A DNA stretch of 64,000 nucleotides from Auanema rhodensis. Lineage: Eukaryota > Animalia > Nematoda. Location: contig OZ059894.1 of assembly GCA_964057225.1 (NCBI GenBank), forward strand, positions 8,246,001 through 8,310,000, in the 5' to 3' direction. The notes below the pieces were generated by a model that did not search any database, had not been told where the DNA came from, and saw only the letters and a list, made by a program, of their open reading frames with translations. How positions within the stretch are numbered: the first letter of the stretch is position 1; each line of letters starts with the position of its first letter. This document shows positions 51,201-61,189 of this stretch, piece after piece. The position numbers were made by a program, and so were the translations under genes.

Positions 51201-53924
51201 ATATGTAGGGTCTACCATACGTCTTCCTTTAATTAGAGGAATAATTTGTGTAATTCCTGGATTACTCATAAGTGGTCTTAAAAATGGATATGGGCAAATT
51301 CGAAGCGTGTACGTTTCAAAATCTTCAACTTCATTTATTCTATCCTGATCGAATGGGAATGAGCATTTTGTAGAAGTTGCGCGTTTAGGTCTTTTGAACG
51401 GCAATTTCTTAAATTCTCGTTCAATTAGGAGTGTGATATTGTTATCATTAGGATATTTGGGGAATGTTATATAATTTCCTGATGTTGTGTGGAATGCTGG
51501 TTGTCTAAAGCAGGATGCAATTGGTTTTGGTGTTATTTTACTCGAAAGGATAAGCGCTGATTGTGTACTTGGAATCAAAATAGTTTCTTTGCTTATTATA
51601 GCATCGTAGTAATGCATATCGATATAATTACAACGGGAATCCGATGTTTGGGGATCCCATATAATTATTGATGTATTTGATTTGCAATTACCATGATGAG
51701 CACTACAACCTTCAGTGTTTAGTATTAAATTGGATAATATTGTATCATCGGGCATGCGGGTCATGACTCCGCGCTCGAGTACTAAACGCGGCCGCTCCTC
51801 GCACTCGTCGCGGCTAAACGCGCGCGCCGGATCATAGGAGGGCTCTGGGGTTGCTTGTGCTATACTATCGATTCTCTCCAGCTCCATGTTATTCCATTTG
51901 CGATCGCGAATCGCCTGCCTGCACTCGTGCGCCGCTATAGGCTGCACCCTATCGATTGTTCTGTTTGTGTCGCGGAGGAATAACAAATCGCGTACACACA
52001 GCTTGTGTACTTCCTTCGAGCAGCGCCACGCGTCCCACTCGTGTGCCGTGTGGTTTCGCGTGTATAGATGGATTTGTGTACGTAGCACATGATTTGTTTC
52101 TGTTAATTTACATTTCTTTACTACTGGTGGAACTAATAAGGCTCCTCCAGTTGCTTTTGTGCAAATTTGATATGAAGTTACACATGGCAGGAAAATTGCT
52201 ACTGTGATTGCCATTACAACCGTTAGTGATAACGGTGAAAGGGTCACAGAGTTTATTCGTGGTGTGCTTCTATCTCGTCCTCTTGATTGATCTCTTTGAT
52301 TGTTAAAATGGACTCTTCTTTGTCCGTTATGTTCATTAGTCCTTCCTCTTCTACTATTGTTTGAAGGATTAAAATTGTTTGAATGCCAGTTGTTATTAAA
52401 TCGTCCCGAATTTCGTTCATAATTATTGTTACGGCGATAATTAGCAAAAGAGCCGTTACGATTTTGGTTGTTATTATATTTTGAAAAGTTTTTATTTTTC
52501 TGATAATTTTGATAATTATGATAATTTTTATTGTTTTGGTTATCACGTGGATAATTACGGTCGAAATTTCGGTTATCTCGTCTCTCGTTTGTGCGCGCGA
52601 AAGGAGCTAGTGCTTTGTTTACAGCATTGACTAGCATGGACTGCGTGTCTGTTGTCTGGTTCATTATCGATTCTTCCCAGCGAGCGGCCTCAATCGCATC
52701 CGTGAAGGATTTTGGCTTCGCTCGAATCACAGCTGGTTTCAGAGTATTTTTTAGTCCTCTGAGGAAAGTTGATCTTAATATGTGATCTTTGTGACGGTCA
52801 TCCGTGGCAAAAGCGCTTAGTGCAATCGTTCTCAGTGATTGAGCGTAAGCGTCAATTGTCAGATCACCTTGGGTTGTATTTTGGAGATTGATCAGCGCTG
52901 GATCCTGATTATATTCAGGACAAAGCTTAGATGTTAAAGCTCTTAACAGGTCATTCCATGAACCGGTGGTTTTTAATTGTTCAGGTACTTGCCTGTACGC
53001 TTCTTCCGCTGCTTCGTTTTTAAGAAGCAAAGGTAGAAGGGCTAATCTCTCCGGGATTACCAGACCTACAGCGTTGGCAAATAGGTTGAATTTAGCCGTG
53101 AAATCTCGAAAGTTGCGACTGCCATCATAAGTTGGGCAGTAGGGTGATAACAAGGCTTGCGCTATGGTAGTTTTCCCTGCCCCAGGTAAAGAGGGTTCAG
53201 TTGCCATATTACTTGTACGGGCAGATGGCATTTTTATCACTCTGCCTGTTGTTAATAAGTTCTCAGACACAGGGGTTGTGTGTACTGAGCGGCTGGGTCG
53301 GTTTGGTGTTTTTGAACCTCCTGTTGTTGTATTTGGTAAAATTGGGGTTGAAGTTTGGTTATCAGTAATAGCAAGATGTGTATGTTCGGGTGGTTGTATG
53401 GGAGATAAATTAATGTTTGGAACCGACGAGTATCTATTCGTGTGGCTGGTGTTCAAGTTTCGATCTTTTGGTGAACGATTGAAGAGATCAGAAACTATGT
53501 TTTTAAAAGTTTGTAAACCGCCTGCACTAGTAGTGGCTACTGAAGGTGAAACTGTTGGTTCAGGGATGGACAGAGAGAGAGATGCGTCCGATTTGCTTGA
53601 GTTTTTATTTTTATTTTTCTTATTTTTATTTGAATTAGAGGAGCGTACCTTTTTAGCAGTAACTGGTGTTTGTTCTTCCACTATGACGGATGTTTCTTCT
53701 CCTCCTGGTGGTACGTAATCCTCGTCGCTTAATCGTTCAGTAGGTGAATAAGTGCCTGCACGAGGAGTAAAGAATTTGTCGGTTTTGTGCTCGGCTTTCT
53801 GCTCGTCTTCGATTATAGCGATGCTCTGCGCGCGAGCTCGGCTTCTGGTGAGTGGAGCTGAGTCTCGCAGATCAAAATCAGTTCGTGTACTGAGAGGTAC
53901 AGCTGATCGGAATCGCTTATCCAC
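45240..53924 (-). CDS. Gag-Env-Pol polyprotein (2894 aa; start codon uncertain)
   Basis: Gag CA-like (YDGSRNFRDF...AIEAARWEE); env from about 52250 to 49140; protease LWDSGSSISY (~48880); RT NSPVVLVKK, TDFRALN, MPMGL, YLDD (~47545); RNase H ESDGS, RNY...EAL, TDHRPL; integrase HHCC, HMDIMGP, ITDRG, VERLHRTLE, GPF. Confidence 0.97.
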   Translation of the reverse strand: MDKRFRSAVPLSTRTDFDLRDSAPLTRSRARAQSIAIIEDEQKAEHKTDKFFTPRAGTYSPTERLSDEDYVPPGGEETSVIVEEQTPVTAKKVRSSNSNKNKKNKNKNSSKSDASLSLSIPEPTVSPSVATTSAGGLQTFKNIVSDLFNRSPKDRNLNTSHTNRYSSVPNINLSPIQPPEHTHLAITDNQTSTPILPNTTTGGSKTPNRPSRSVHTTPVSENLLTTGRVIKMPSARTSNMATEPSLPGAGKTTIAQALLSPYCPTYDGSRNFRDFTAKFNLFANAVGLVIPERLALLPLLLKNEAAEEAYRQVPEQLKTTGSWNDLLRALTSKLCPEYNQDPALINLQNTTQGDLTIDAYAQSLRTIALSAFATDDRHKDHILRSTFLRGLKNTLKPAVIRAKPKSFTDAIEAARWEESIMNQTTDTQSMLVNAVNKALAPFARTNERRDNRNFDRNYPRDNQNNKNYHNYQNYQKNKNFSKYNNNQNRNGSFANYRRNNNYERNSGRFNNNWHSNNFNPSNNSRRGRTNEHNGQRRVHFNNQRDQSRGRDRSTPRINSVTLSPLSLTVVMAITVAIFLPCVTSYQICTKATGGALLVPPVVKKCKLTETNHVLRTQIHLYTRNHTAHEWDAWRCSKEVHKLCVRDLLFLRDTNRTIDRVQPIAAHECRQAIRDRKWNNMELERIDSIAQATPEPSYDPARAFSRDECEERPRLVLERGVMTRMPDDTILSNLILNTEGCSAHHGNCKSNTSIIIWDPQTSDSRCNYIDMHYYDAIISKETILIPSTQSALILSSKITPKPIASCFRQPAFHTTSGNYITFPKYPNDNNITLLIEREFKKLPFKRPKRATSTKCSFPFDQDRINEVEDFETYTLRICPYPFLRPLMSNPGITQIIPLIKGRRMVDPTYSLKEWIIAHRENFEFFFKIQIYEKSLRHFLKQYDFRDKDEAILQYVAQRELALATKAGISYLTSRQLLQQISDRLTVIEFDRLIRTKEGTYRERAETIALDLANTPVIIEDKLTVPSRQEILKAFVKMPPIRKQLLTDQEERNSKFIKDTIDLVHELKTLVTLRRNKTAADIDDIKFINLPSSRMFVLDTDKLFYDIKNNFGIPIGPHPKLIEPNNISKDLLLEIFLPLLNDNILPNTSSRISSEQLKRLMTEKIQLKSLQTTTRAPSNAAGGAAEMAALPIIDREAPITTDPAILPQTSTSPRAAAATTARAPSSMAQPETTARHTTATTTARATISTRAPPTTILYAVHQDQQIPIMEETTYTPISLIRKHRASSTPTATDIESVQANAQYIATKVDSEQQFRQNITSRIAQDHLQYATTMIQEELQKHFKESYESICEIQNRYLELWRSILQIEPTIAMRTILGREDIAARFVGSEILHIHVCPVVLQKTIYHNHTVNGTCYLETPVLTQEGQLLFAAPGSKDLLPHGKEINCDHVPTDVWSTDGEWKGINGTVDVSLISMWDGLHHEKITPLKFTGAHLYTNLSSRVYSMTTAIAYGASLASIRQNHVLHTIHHDPKISSAFSILKKSSDYISKANEFTKSTWNSFVDTIAGTIERTLITIGAITIIVVILIVLAFVAKIYFFKPIGMQVMHIELRDQTNDLPTYEETLELVSQPDQPIPRNIMKQYYPSFLTLVPLAMPIVCSVSNRKDQTLPLLLMTVNDRLILTLWDSGSSISYIRLSTLHYLTLNDFVKKDKSVATTANGSAFRFLGTIDLTVEIAGYEIDHTFFISRDEDCPSPALIGLDFMKTLDRQNIGMKLRPYKQTLEIGNRVVPLANGNNGNIRKTSFVINLINLNPQCIFPHQTCRIPVRLAEPISHNEVAMLQPDEEKTISTTYETAFRDVNSITMTFKNNTDHPIDLSPGNIIDKAKIGVLPQYEIFTTEHNPDYIPPEADWENKLPHFPQDFMNDLDLKDADLTKEQKDLLQLCILRNRDAFLNEDKRIGLFKGPVEHSIPLRTDMDMPRPRITRIPIGKQEEVERQVQEMLKQNIIEPSTSLFNSPVVLVKKKDETFRFVTDFRALNNVTRKQTYIIPNISDIVDMAAGSQYFSNFDLVSGFFQIALKKSDRPLTAFTTNTGTYQYRRMPMGLCGAPHTFQTAVRYLQSRCKCRLFVYLDDLLVISDTAEQHLDDIAEILREVKKLGMKIKLKKCAFARPEVKFLGLIVGRDGVKPDPQKVSAIQDYPAPKSPTGVRAFLGMVGFFRKFIKDFAHIASPLYDLTKLDVEFQWNDKSQQAVDTLKRKLIQAPVLKPPRSDRMFIIESDGSNIAVGAVLLQPEDPNEPLKNLHPIAFASRKLVKAERNYAPIEIEALGLVYALAQFRTYILGSHTICITDHRPLTSLLTRRDLFGRLAKFQLVIQEYDIEIRYREGRLNKVCDALSRYIGDEANDPKPEKKKKTKEIPKAQINFVNVPDIRAIQEDTPWIKRTIAEIEYRAKKNMLSNDRYCVIDNMLYTKPSRKRPHPALILPRESELINKVIEEFHEDPAIGAHQGINKTKEAILRRFSWTNMQTDIAIFVKQCVKCAQRKKDPHAMTVQPMGQFEIPSKPFERIHMDIMGPFPTSKRNNNYVLTIQDSFSKWATTIAIPTIVTDVIIDRFLRNFVYIFGPPNRLITDRGSNFVSKKFEEMCEKLGIKHEPTLPHQKNSNGQVERLHRTLEEGLTHYLNEDVTDWDMYLPKITFALNTITHATTGISPYIALFGKESRMRLDKELFPETLQQEILEEIENTEYIRGERRTIIQENLAKHQETAKRKHDGRQRIEERDIRKGDHVMLAIKAHRPGQKLRKSYDGPFEVINVEGNMVQLKNPFGKIQDVHKDNLKLFDRKMEHTIAQNTRSNTTIYDTDDDSDIEIIKVINGNDNYDSSEETEPEDPSDQNWLPPRRRR
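49140..52250 (-). other. env: Envelope glycoprotein domain within the polyprotein (probable class III, herpes gB/chuvirus G-like)
   Basis: Hydrophobic signal (LSLTVVMAITVAIFLPCVTS|YQIC), spaced Cys, N-glycosylation sequons, furin site RPKR, ICEIQNR...PTIAMRTILGREDIAARFVG motif, TM anchor (LITIGAITIIVVILIVLAFVA). The class assignment is from motif recall. Confidence 0.8.
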
Positions 53925-55318
53925 TTTGGTAGCGCTCTTGGTTTGGAAAAACCTTGAGTGTTTAGTAACGTGGGGGACTTTGAGACGTTAATGAGTGTTA
54001 TGGATAAGGAGTTTTGGAAAAGGGGTGAGAAAGCTGTGAGTAACTGGTTTGTATAGTCGGCGTTAAGGAATGAATCTAAGTTGTGGCCTTTAACAGAGAT
54101 CCGCCTACTACCGTATGAAAATTTGGACTTTGTTCGCTTTCCAATTTAATATTCTTAAATGTATATAATTCAACCAGTTTGTATATGTTCAAAAATGTTC
54201 AGTGCTCACTTGATTGATGCCTGAGCAATCTCATTAGTCCTTATTCCCACTTTTTTTTCTTTTTTTTCTGACGATTCTGATCTTCTTGGACTCACGAGTG
54301 ATCGAAAATGCCACGAAAATGGACTTTGGTAAATGTTCAAAGGATTTTAGCGGTTTTCATAATGTACATTCGTAATAGCATTACTCTTTAAGGAAGCAAT
54401 TTGGAAACGAATGAGTACCGTAGTCCCATCATGATCAGAAATCTAGTTTTAAAATTATGGCTAGGAATAGATGACTAAAGATTACAATAACTATATTTAA
54501 AGAATTATGGTGTTTAGGAATGAGTCTTATGCTTCAAAACAACAATAACGGTATGAGGAAGGTGACATATAGTAAGGGGAGAAAATCCAAACTGATATGC
54601 TTAAGCCAACACGACCTGATAGACAATCACTAATAATAATCCAGTTCGTAAAATTGTACAGGATTTTTCGGACTATAGCGATCTTAAAATTCACTTTTCA
54701 TAATATTCCTCCCATTTAGGTGAGGTTTCCCGTGTAAATTCAATGCGTTATCAAAATATTTTTGGATGTTAATGGCAAAAAGTTGTCTGAACAGAAATGT
54801 AACGCAAAATAAAATAGTCCTGATCGCAAAATATGAAATAATCTCAATTTGGTGCGCAAAATTGTTTCATCCACAAAAAATAAAGAAATAACCGTGGCTA
54901 TTCTTTCCTCGAAGCCAAAATCAATCCTTAAAAGGAGAAAGTGTGGGCATAAATCTCAAAAAAAATATCCTTAGGTGAATTTGTTCACTAATTCATCCTA
55001 GGGTCCTCAAAACTGCTTCGAGTTCGGGTAACAGAGTATTTGATGTTAACAGCAAGGATATAAAAATTGTTGGGTTCAGACAGACAGAAAATTGTGAACA
55101 AACGGGAAAATATAACTTCAGTTTCAAAAAATATAAAATCCATCTCCAAAAGGAGTGGTCCTTGCATCTGTTCCCTTTTAAACGTTGTTGGCCCCACCGT
55201 ATTGTGTTAAGACATGGAGTAGATGGTTTAGAGATATAAGAGAATTCAGATTCAATGAATTGTTGAAAATAACGAAATATAAGAGAAAATAGTCAAGAAA
55301 TCAAGATAAAATGTTCGA

Positions 55319-55331
55319 GGTGGAACCTCCA
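55319..55331 (-). promoter_or_regulatory. Primer-binding site, tRNA-Gln
   Basis: TGGAGGTTCCACC abutting the 5' LTR. Confidence 0.85.
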
Positions 55332-55667
55332 CGTTCCGTTATGCTCTCACGTCGATCCTATAGACCAATAAAGCCTACAAGATGAGTGTGATAGTATTCC
55401 AGATGTAGCGGTAGATAAAGAGCATAATGGATAAACATAAGACTCGAGAAAGAAAGGTTTATTATGTCTACATGATTACAATAAGTTATATAAGTCTACA
55501 TAAAGATATAAAGTGAAAGAGAGCTAAGAAAGGAAGACCAACCATCCATAGTCATTCCATAAGGCAAAGCTGAAGTCTGTGTTCCATATGAAGGGCGTGT
55601 CGTCCTCTCTCAGCCTCATGTCGTCTGATTCTAACCCGCCTGCTACGTATTGATTTCCGAATGGAAC

Positions 55668-55668
<1 letters not shown>
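55332..55668 (-). repeat. 5' LTR (337 bp)
   Basis: Termini CGTTCC...GGAACG. Confidence 0.97.
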
Positions 55669-55702
<34 letters not shown>

Positions 55703-55905
55703 GAGCCCACCCGGGAGCGAAATATTTTTGGTTTCCACAGTTCCAATAAAGCAAAATTAAAATTTTAATTCATCTACTTACGATCTCATTCATAAATTTT
55801 CTAGAAGGATTGGATAAGATAGACCAGAACATCAGAAAATATAGATCATTGACTGATCCAAAACAGAAGTAGAAACTTCACAAGTCTAGATTGTTGAGTA
55901 TATGT

Positions 55906-55925
55906 GCTTCCGTGGCGCAATAGGC

Positions 55926-55961
<36 letters not shown>

Positions 55962-56196
55962 GAGCCCACCCGGGAGCGAAACATTTTTGATTTCCACAGT
56001 TCAAATTAAGCTTCAAATTGAGCGAAATTAAAATTTTAATTCATCTACTTACGATCTCATTCATAAATTTTCTAGAAGGATTGGATAAGATAGACCAGAA
56101 CATCAGAAAATATGGATCATTGACTGATCTAAAACAGAAGTAGAAACTTCACAAGTCTAGATTGTTGAGTATATGTGCTTCCGTGGCGCAATAGGC

Positions 56197-56232
<36 letters not shown>

Positions 56233-56455
56233 GAGCCCACCCGGGAGCGAAATATTTTTGGTTTCCACAGTTCCAATAAAGCAAAATTAAAATTTTAATT
56301 CATCTACTTACGATCTCATTCATAAATTTTCTAGAAGGATTGGATAAGATAGACCAGAACATCAGAAAATATAGATCATTGACTGATCCAAAACAGAAGT
56401 AGAAACTTCACAAGTCTAGATTGTTGAGTATATGTGCTTCCGTGGCGCAATAGGC

Positions 56456-56491
<36 letters not shown>

Positions 56492-56714
56492 GAGCCCACC
56501 CGGGAGCGAAACATTTTTGGTTTCCACAGTTCCAATTAAGCAAAATTAAAATTTTAATTCATCTACTTACGATCTCATTCATAAATTTTCTAGAAGGATT
56601 GGATAAGATAGACCAGAACATCAGAAAATATGGATCATTGACTAATCTAAAACAGAAGTAGAAACTTCACAAGTCTAGATTGTTGAGTATATGTGCTTCC
56701 GTGGCGCAATAGGC

Positions 56715-56750
<36 letters not shown>

Positions 56751-56973
56751 GAGCAAACCCGGGAGCGAAATATTTTTGGTTTCCACAGTTCCAATTAAGC
56801 AAAATTAAAATTTTAATTCATCTACTTACGATCTCATTCATAAATTTTCTAGAAGGATTGGATAAGAAAGAGCAGAACTTGGGAAAATACGGATCATTGA
56901 CTGATCTAAAACAGAAGTAGAAACTTCACAAGTTTAGATTGTTGAGTATATGTGCTTCCGTGGCGCAATAGGC

Positions 56974-57009
<36 letters not shown>

Positions 57010-57232
57010 GAGCCCACCCGGGAGCGAAATATTTTTGGTTTCCACAGTTCCAATTAAGCAAAATTAAAATTTTAATTCATCTACTTACGATCTCATTCAT
57101 AAATTTTCTAGAAGGATTGGATAAGATAGACCAGAACATCAGAAAATATAGATCATTGACTGATCCAAAACAGAAGTAGAAACTTCACAAGTCTAGATTG
57201 TTGAGTATATGTGCTTTCGTGGCGCAATAGGC

Positions 57233-57268
<36 letters not shown>

Positions 57269-57503
57269 GAGCCCACCCGGGAGCGAAACATTTTTGATTT
57301 CCACAGTTCAAATTAAGCTTCAAATTGAGCAAAATTAAAATTTTAATTCCTCTACTTACGATCTCATTCATAAATTTTCTAGAAGGATTGGATAAAATAG
57401 ACCAGAACATCAGAAAATATGGATCATTGACTGATCTAAAACAGAAGTAGAAACTTCACAAGTCTAGATTGTTGAGTATATGTGCTTCCGTGGCGCAATA
57501 GGC

Positions 57504-57539
<36 letters not shown>

Positions 57540-57762
57540 GAGCCCACCCGGGAGCGAAATATTTTTGGTTTCCACAGTTCCAATAAAGCAAAATTAAAAT
57601 TTTAATTCATCTACTTACGATCTCATTCATAAATTTTCTAGAAGGATTGGATAAGATAGACCAGAACATCAGAAAATATAGATCATTGACTGATCTAAAA
57701 CAGAAGTAGAAACTTCACAAGTCTAGATTGTTGAGTATATGTGCTTCCGTGGCGCAATAGGC

Positions 57763-57798
<36 letters not shown>

Positions 57799-58021
57799 GA
57801 GCAAACCCGGGAGCGAAATATTTTTGGTTTCCACAGTTCCAATTAAGCAAAATTAAAATTTTAATTCATCTACTTACGATCTCCTTCATAAATTTTCTAG
57901 AAGGATTGGATAAGATAGACCAGAACATCAGAAAATATAGATCATTGACTGATCTAAAACAGAAGTAGAAACTTCACAAGTCTAGATTGTTGAGTATATG
58001 TGCTTCCGTGGCGCAATAGGC

Positions 58022-58057
<36 letters not shown>

Positions 58058-58280
58058 GAGCAAACCCGGGAGCGAAATATTTTTGGTTTCCACAGTTCCA
58101 ATTAAGCAAAATTAAAATTTTAATTCATCTACTTACGATCTCATTCATAAATTTTCTAGAAGGATTGGATAAGATAGACCAGAACATCAGAAAATATGGA
58201 TCATTGACTGATCTAAAACAGAAGTAGAAACTTCACAAGTCTAGATTGTTGAGTATATGTGCTTCCGTGGCGCAATAGGC

Positions 58281-58316
<36 letters not shown>

Positions 58317-58539
58317 GAGCCCACCCGGGAGCGAAATATTTTTGGTTTCCACAGTTCCAATAAAGCAAAATTAAAATTTTAATTCATCTACTTACGATCT
58401 CATTCATAAATTTTCTAGAAGGATTGGATAAAATAGACCAGAACATCAGAAAATTTGGATCATTGACTGATCTAAAACAGAAGTAGAAACTTCACAAGTC
58501 TAGATTGTTGAGTATATGTGCTTCCGTGGCGCAATAGGC

Positions 58540-58575
<36 letters not shown>

Positions 58576-58810
58576 GAGCCCACCCGGGAGCGAAACATTT
58601 TTGATTTCCACAGTTCAAATTAAGCTTCAAATTGAGCGAAATTAAAATTTTAATTCATCTACTTACGATCTCATTCATAAATTTTCTAGAAGGATTGGAT
58701 AAGATAGACCAGAACATCAGAAAATATGGATCATTGACTGATCTAAAACAGAAGTAGAAACTTCACAAGTCTAGATTGTTGAGTATATGTGCTTCCGTGG
58801 CGCAATAGGC

Positions 58811-58846
<36 letters not shown>

Positions 58847-59069
58847 GAGCCCACCCGGGAGCGAAATATTTTTGGTTTCCACAGTTCCAATAAAGCAAAA
58901 TTAAAATTTTAATTCATCTACTTACGATCTCATTCATAAATTTTCTAGAAGGATTGGATAAGATAGACCAGAACATCAGAAAATATAGATCATTGACTGA
59001 TCCAAAACAGAAGTAGAAACTTCACAAGTCTAGATTGTTGAGTATATGTGCTTCCGTGGCGCAATAGGC

Positions 59070-59105
<36 letters not shown>

Positions 59106-59328
59106 GAGCCCACCCGGGAGCGAAATATTTTTGGTTTCCACAGTTCCAATTAAGCAAAATTAAAATTTTAATTCATCTACTTACGATCTCATTCATAAAT
59201 TTTCTAGAAGGATTGGATAAGATAGACCAGAACATCAGAAAATATGGATCATTGACTAATCTAAAACAGAAGTAGAAACTTCACAAGTCTAGATTGTTGA
59301 GTATATGTGCTTCCGTGGCGCAATAGGC

Positions 59329-59364
<36 letters not shown>

Positions 59365-59587
59365 GAGCAAACCCGGGAGCGAAATATTTTTGGTTTCCAC
59401 AGTTCCAATTAAGCAAAATTAAAATTTTAATTCATCTACTTACGATCTCATTCATAAATTTTCTAGAAGGATTGGATAAGAAAGAGCAGAACTTGGGAAA
59501 ATACGGATCATTGACTGATCTAAAACAGAAGTAGAAACTTCACAAGTTTAGATTGTTGAGTATATGTGCTTCCGTGGCGCAATAGGC

Positions 59588-59623
<36 letters not shown>

Positions 59624-59846
59624 GAGCCCACCCGGGAGCGAAATATTTTTGGTTTCCACAGTTCCAATTAAGCAAAATTAAAATTTTAATTCATCTACTT
59701 ACGATCTCATTCATAAATTTTCTAGAAGGATTGGATAAGATAGACCAGAACATCAGAAAATATAGATCATTGACTGATCCAAAACAGAAGTAGAAACTTC
59801 ACAAGTCTAGATTGTTGAGTATATGTGCTTTCGTGGCGCAATAGGC

Positions 59847-59882
<36 letters not shown>

Positions 59883-60117
59883 GAGCCCACCCGGGAGCGA
59901 AAAATTTTTGATTTCCACAGTTCAAATTAAGCTTCAAATTGAGCAAAATTAAAATTTTAATTCATCTACTTACGATCTCATTCATAAATTTTCTAGAAGG
60001 ATTGGATAAGATAGACCAGAACATCAGAAAATATAGATCATTGACTGATCCAAAACAGAAGTAGAAACTTCACAAGTCTAGATTGTTGAGTATATGTGCT
60101 TCCGTGGCGCAATAGGC

Positions 60118-60153
<36 letters not shown>

Positions 60154-60376
60154 GAGCCCACCCGGGAGCGAAATATTTTTGGTTTCCACAGTTCCAATTA
60201 AGCAAAATTAAAATTTTAATTCATCTACTTACGATCTCCTTCATAAATTTTCTAGAAGGATTGGATAAGATAGACCAGAACATCAGAAAATATGGATCAT
60301 TGACTGATCTAAAACAGAAGTAGAAACTTCACAAGTCTAGATTGTTGAGTATATGTGCTTCCGTGGCGCAATAGGC

Positions 60377-60412
<36 letters not shown>

Positions 60413-60635
60413 GAGCCCACCCGGGAGCGAAATATTTTTGGTTTCCACAGTTCCAATTAAGCAAAATTAAAATTTTAATTCATCTACTTACGATCTCATT
60501 CATAAATTTTCTAGAAGGATTGGATAAGATAGACCAGAACATCAGAAAATATGGATCATTGACTGATCTAAAACAGAAGTAGAAACTTCACAAGTCTAGA
60601 TTGTTGAGTATATGTGCTTCCGTGGCGCAATAGGC

Positions 60636-60671
<36 letters not shown>

Positions 60672-60894
60672 GAGCCCACCCGGGAGCGAAACATTTTTGG
60701 TTTCCACAGTTCCAATTAAGCAAAATTAAAATTTTAATTCATCTACTTACGATCTCCTTCATAAATTTTCTAGAAGGATTGGATAAGATAGACCAGAACA
60801 TCAGAAAATATGGATCATTGACTGATCTAAAACAGAAGTAGAAACTTCACAAGTCTAGATTGTTGAGTATATGTGCTTCCGTGGCGCAATAGGC

Positions 60895-60930
<36 letters not shown>

Positions 60931-61153
60931 GAGCCCACCCGGGAGCGAAATATTTTTGGTTTCCACAGTTCCAATTAAGCAAAATTAAAATTTTAATTCA
61001 TCTACTTACGATCTCATTCATAAATTTTCTAGAAGGATTGGATAAGATAGACCAGAACATCAGAAAATATGGATCATTGACTGATCTAAAACAGAAGTAG
61101 AAACTTCACAAGTCTAGATTGTTGAGTATATGTGCTTCCGTGGCGCAATAGGC

Positions 61154-61189
<36 letters not shown>

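Larger units (their letters stand above)
44203..55668 (-). mobile_element. Full-length, env-containing Ty3/Gypsy (Metaviridae) LTR retrotransposon inserted in a tRNA-Asn gene
   Basis: 337-bp LTRs at 44203-44539 and 55332-55668 (no differences seen), CGCG TSD (44199-44202 / 55669-55672), tRNA-Gln PBS, purine tract, uninterrupted ORF with PR-RT-RH-IN order. Confidence 0.98.

Noticed and set aside
45679-53991. Plus-strand and alternate-frame ORFs overlapping the polyprotein
   Set aside because: Shadow ORFs of a long coding strand with no recognisable motifs.
9737-55668. Elements insert here because they prime on tRNA-Asn
   Set aside because: The PBSs match tRNA-Gln and tRNA-Gly, not the Asn 3' end.
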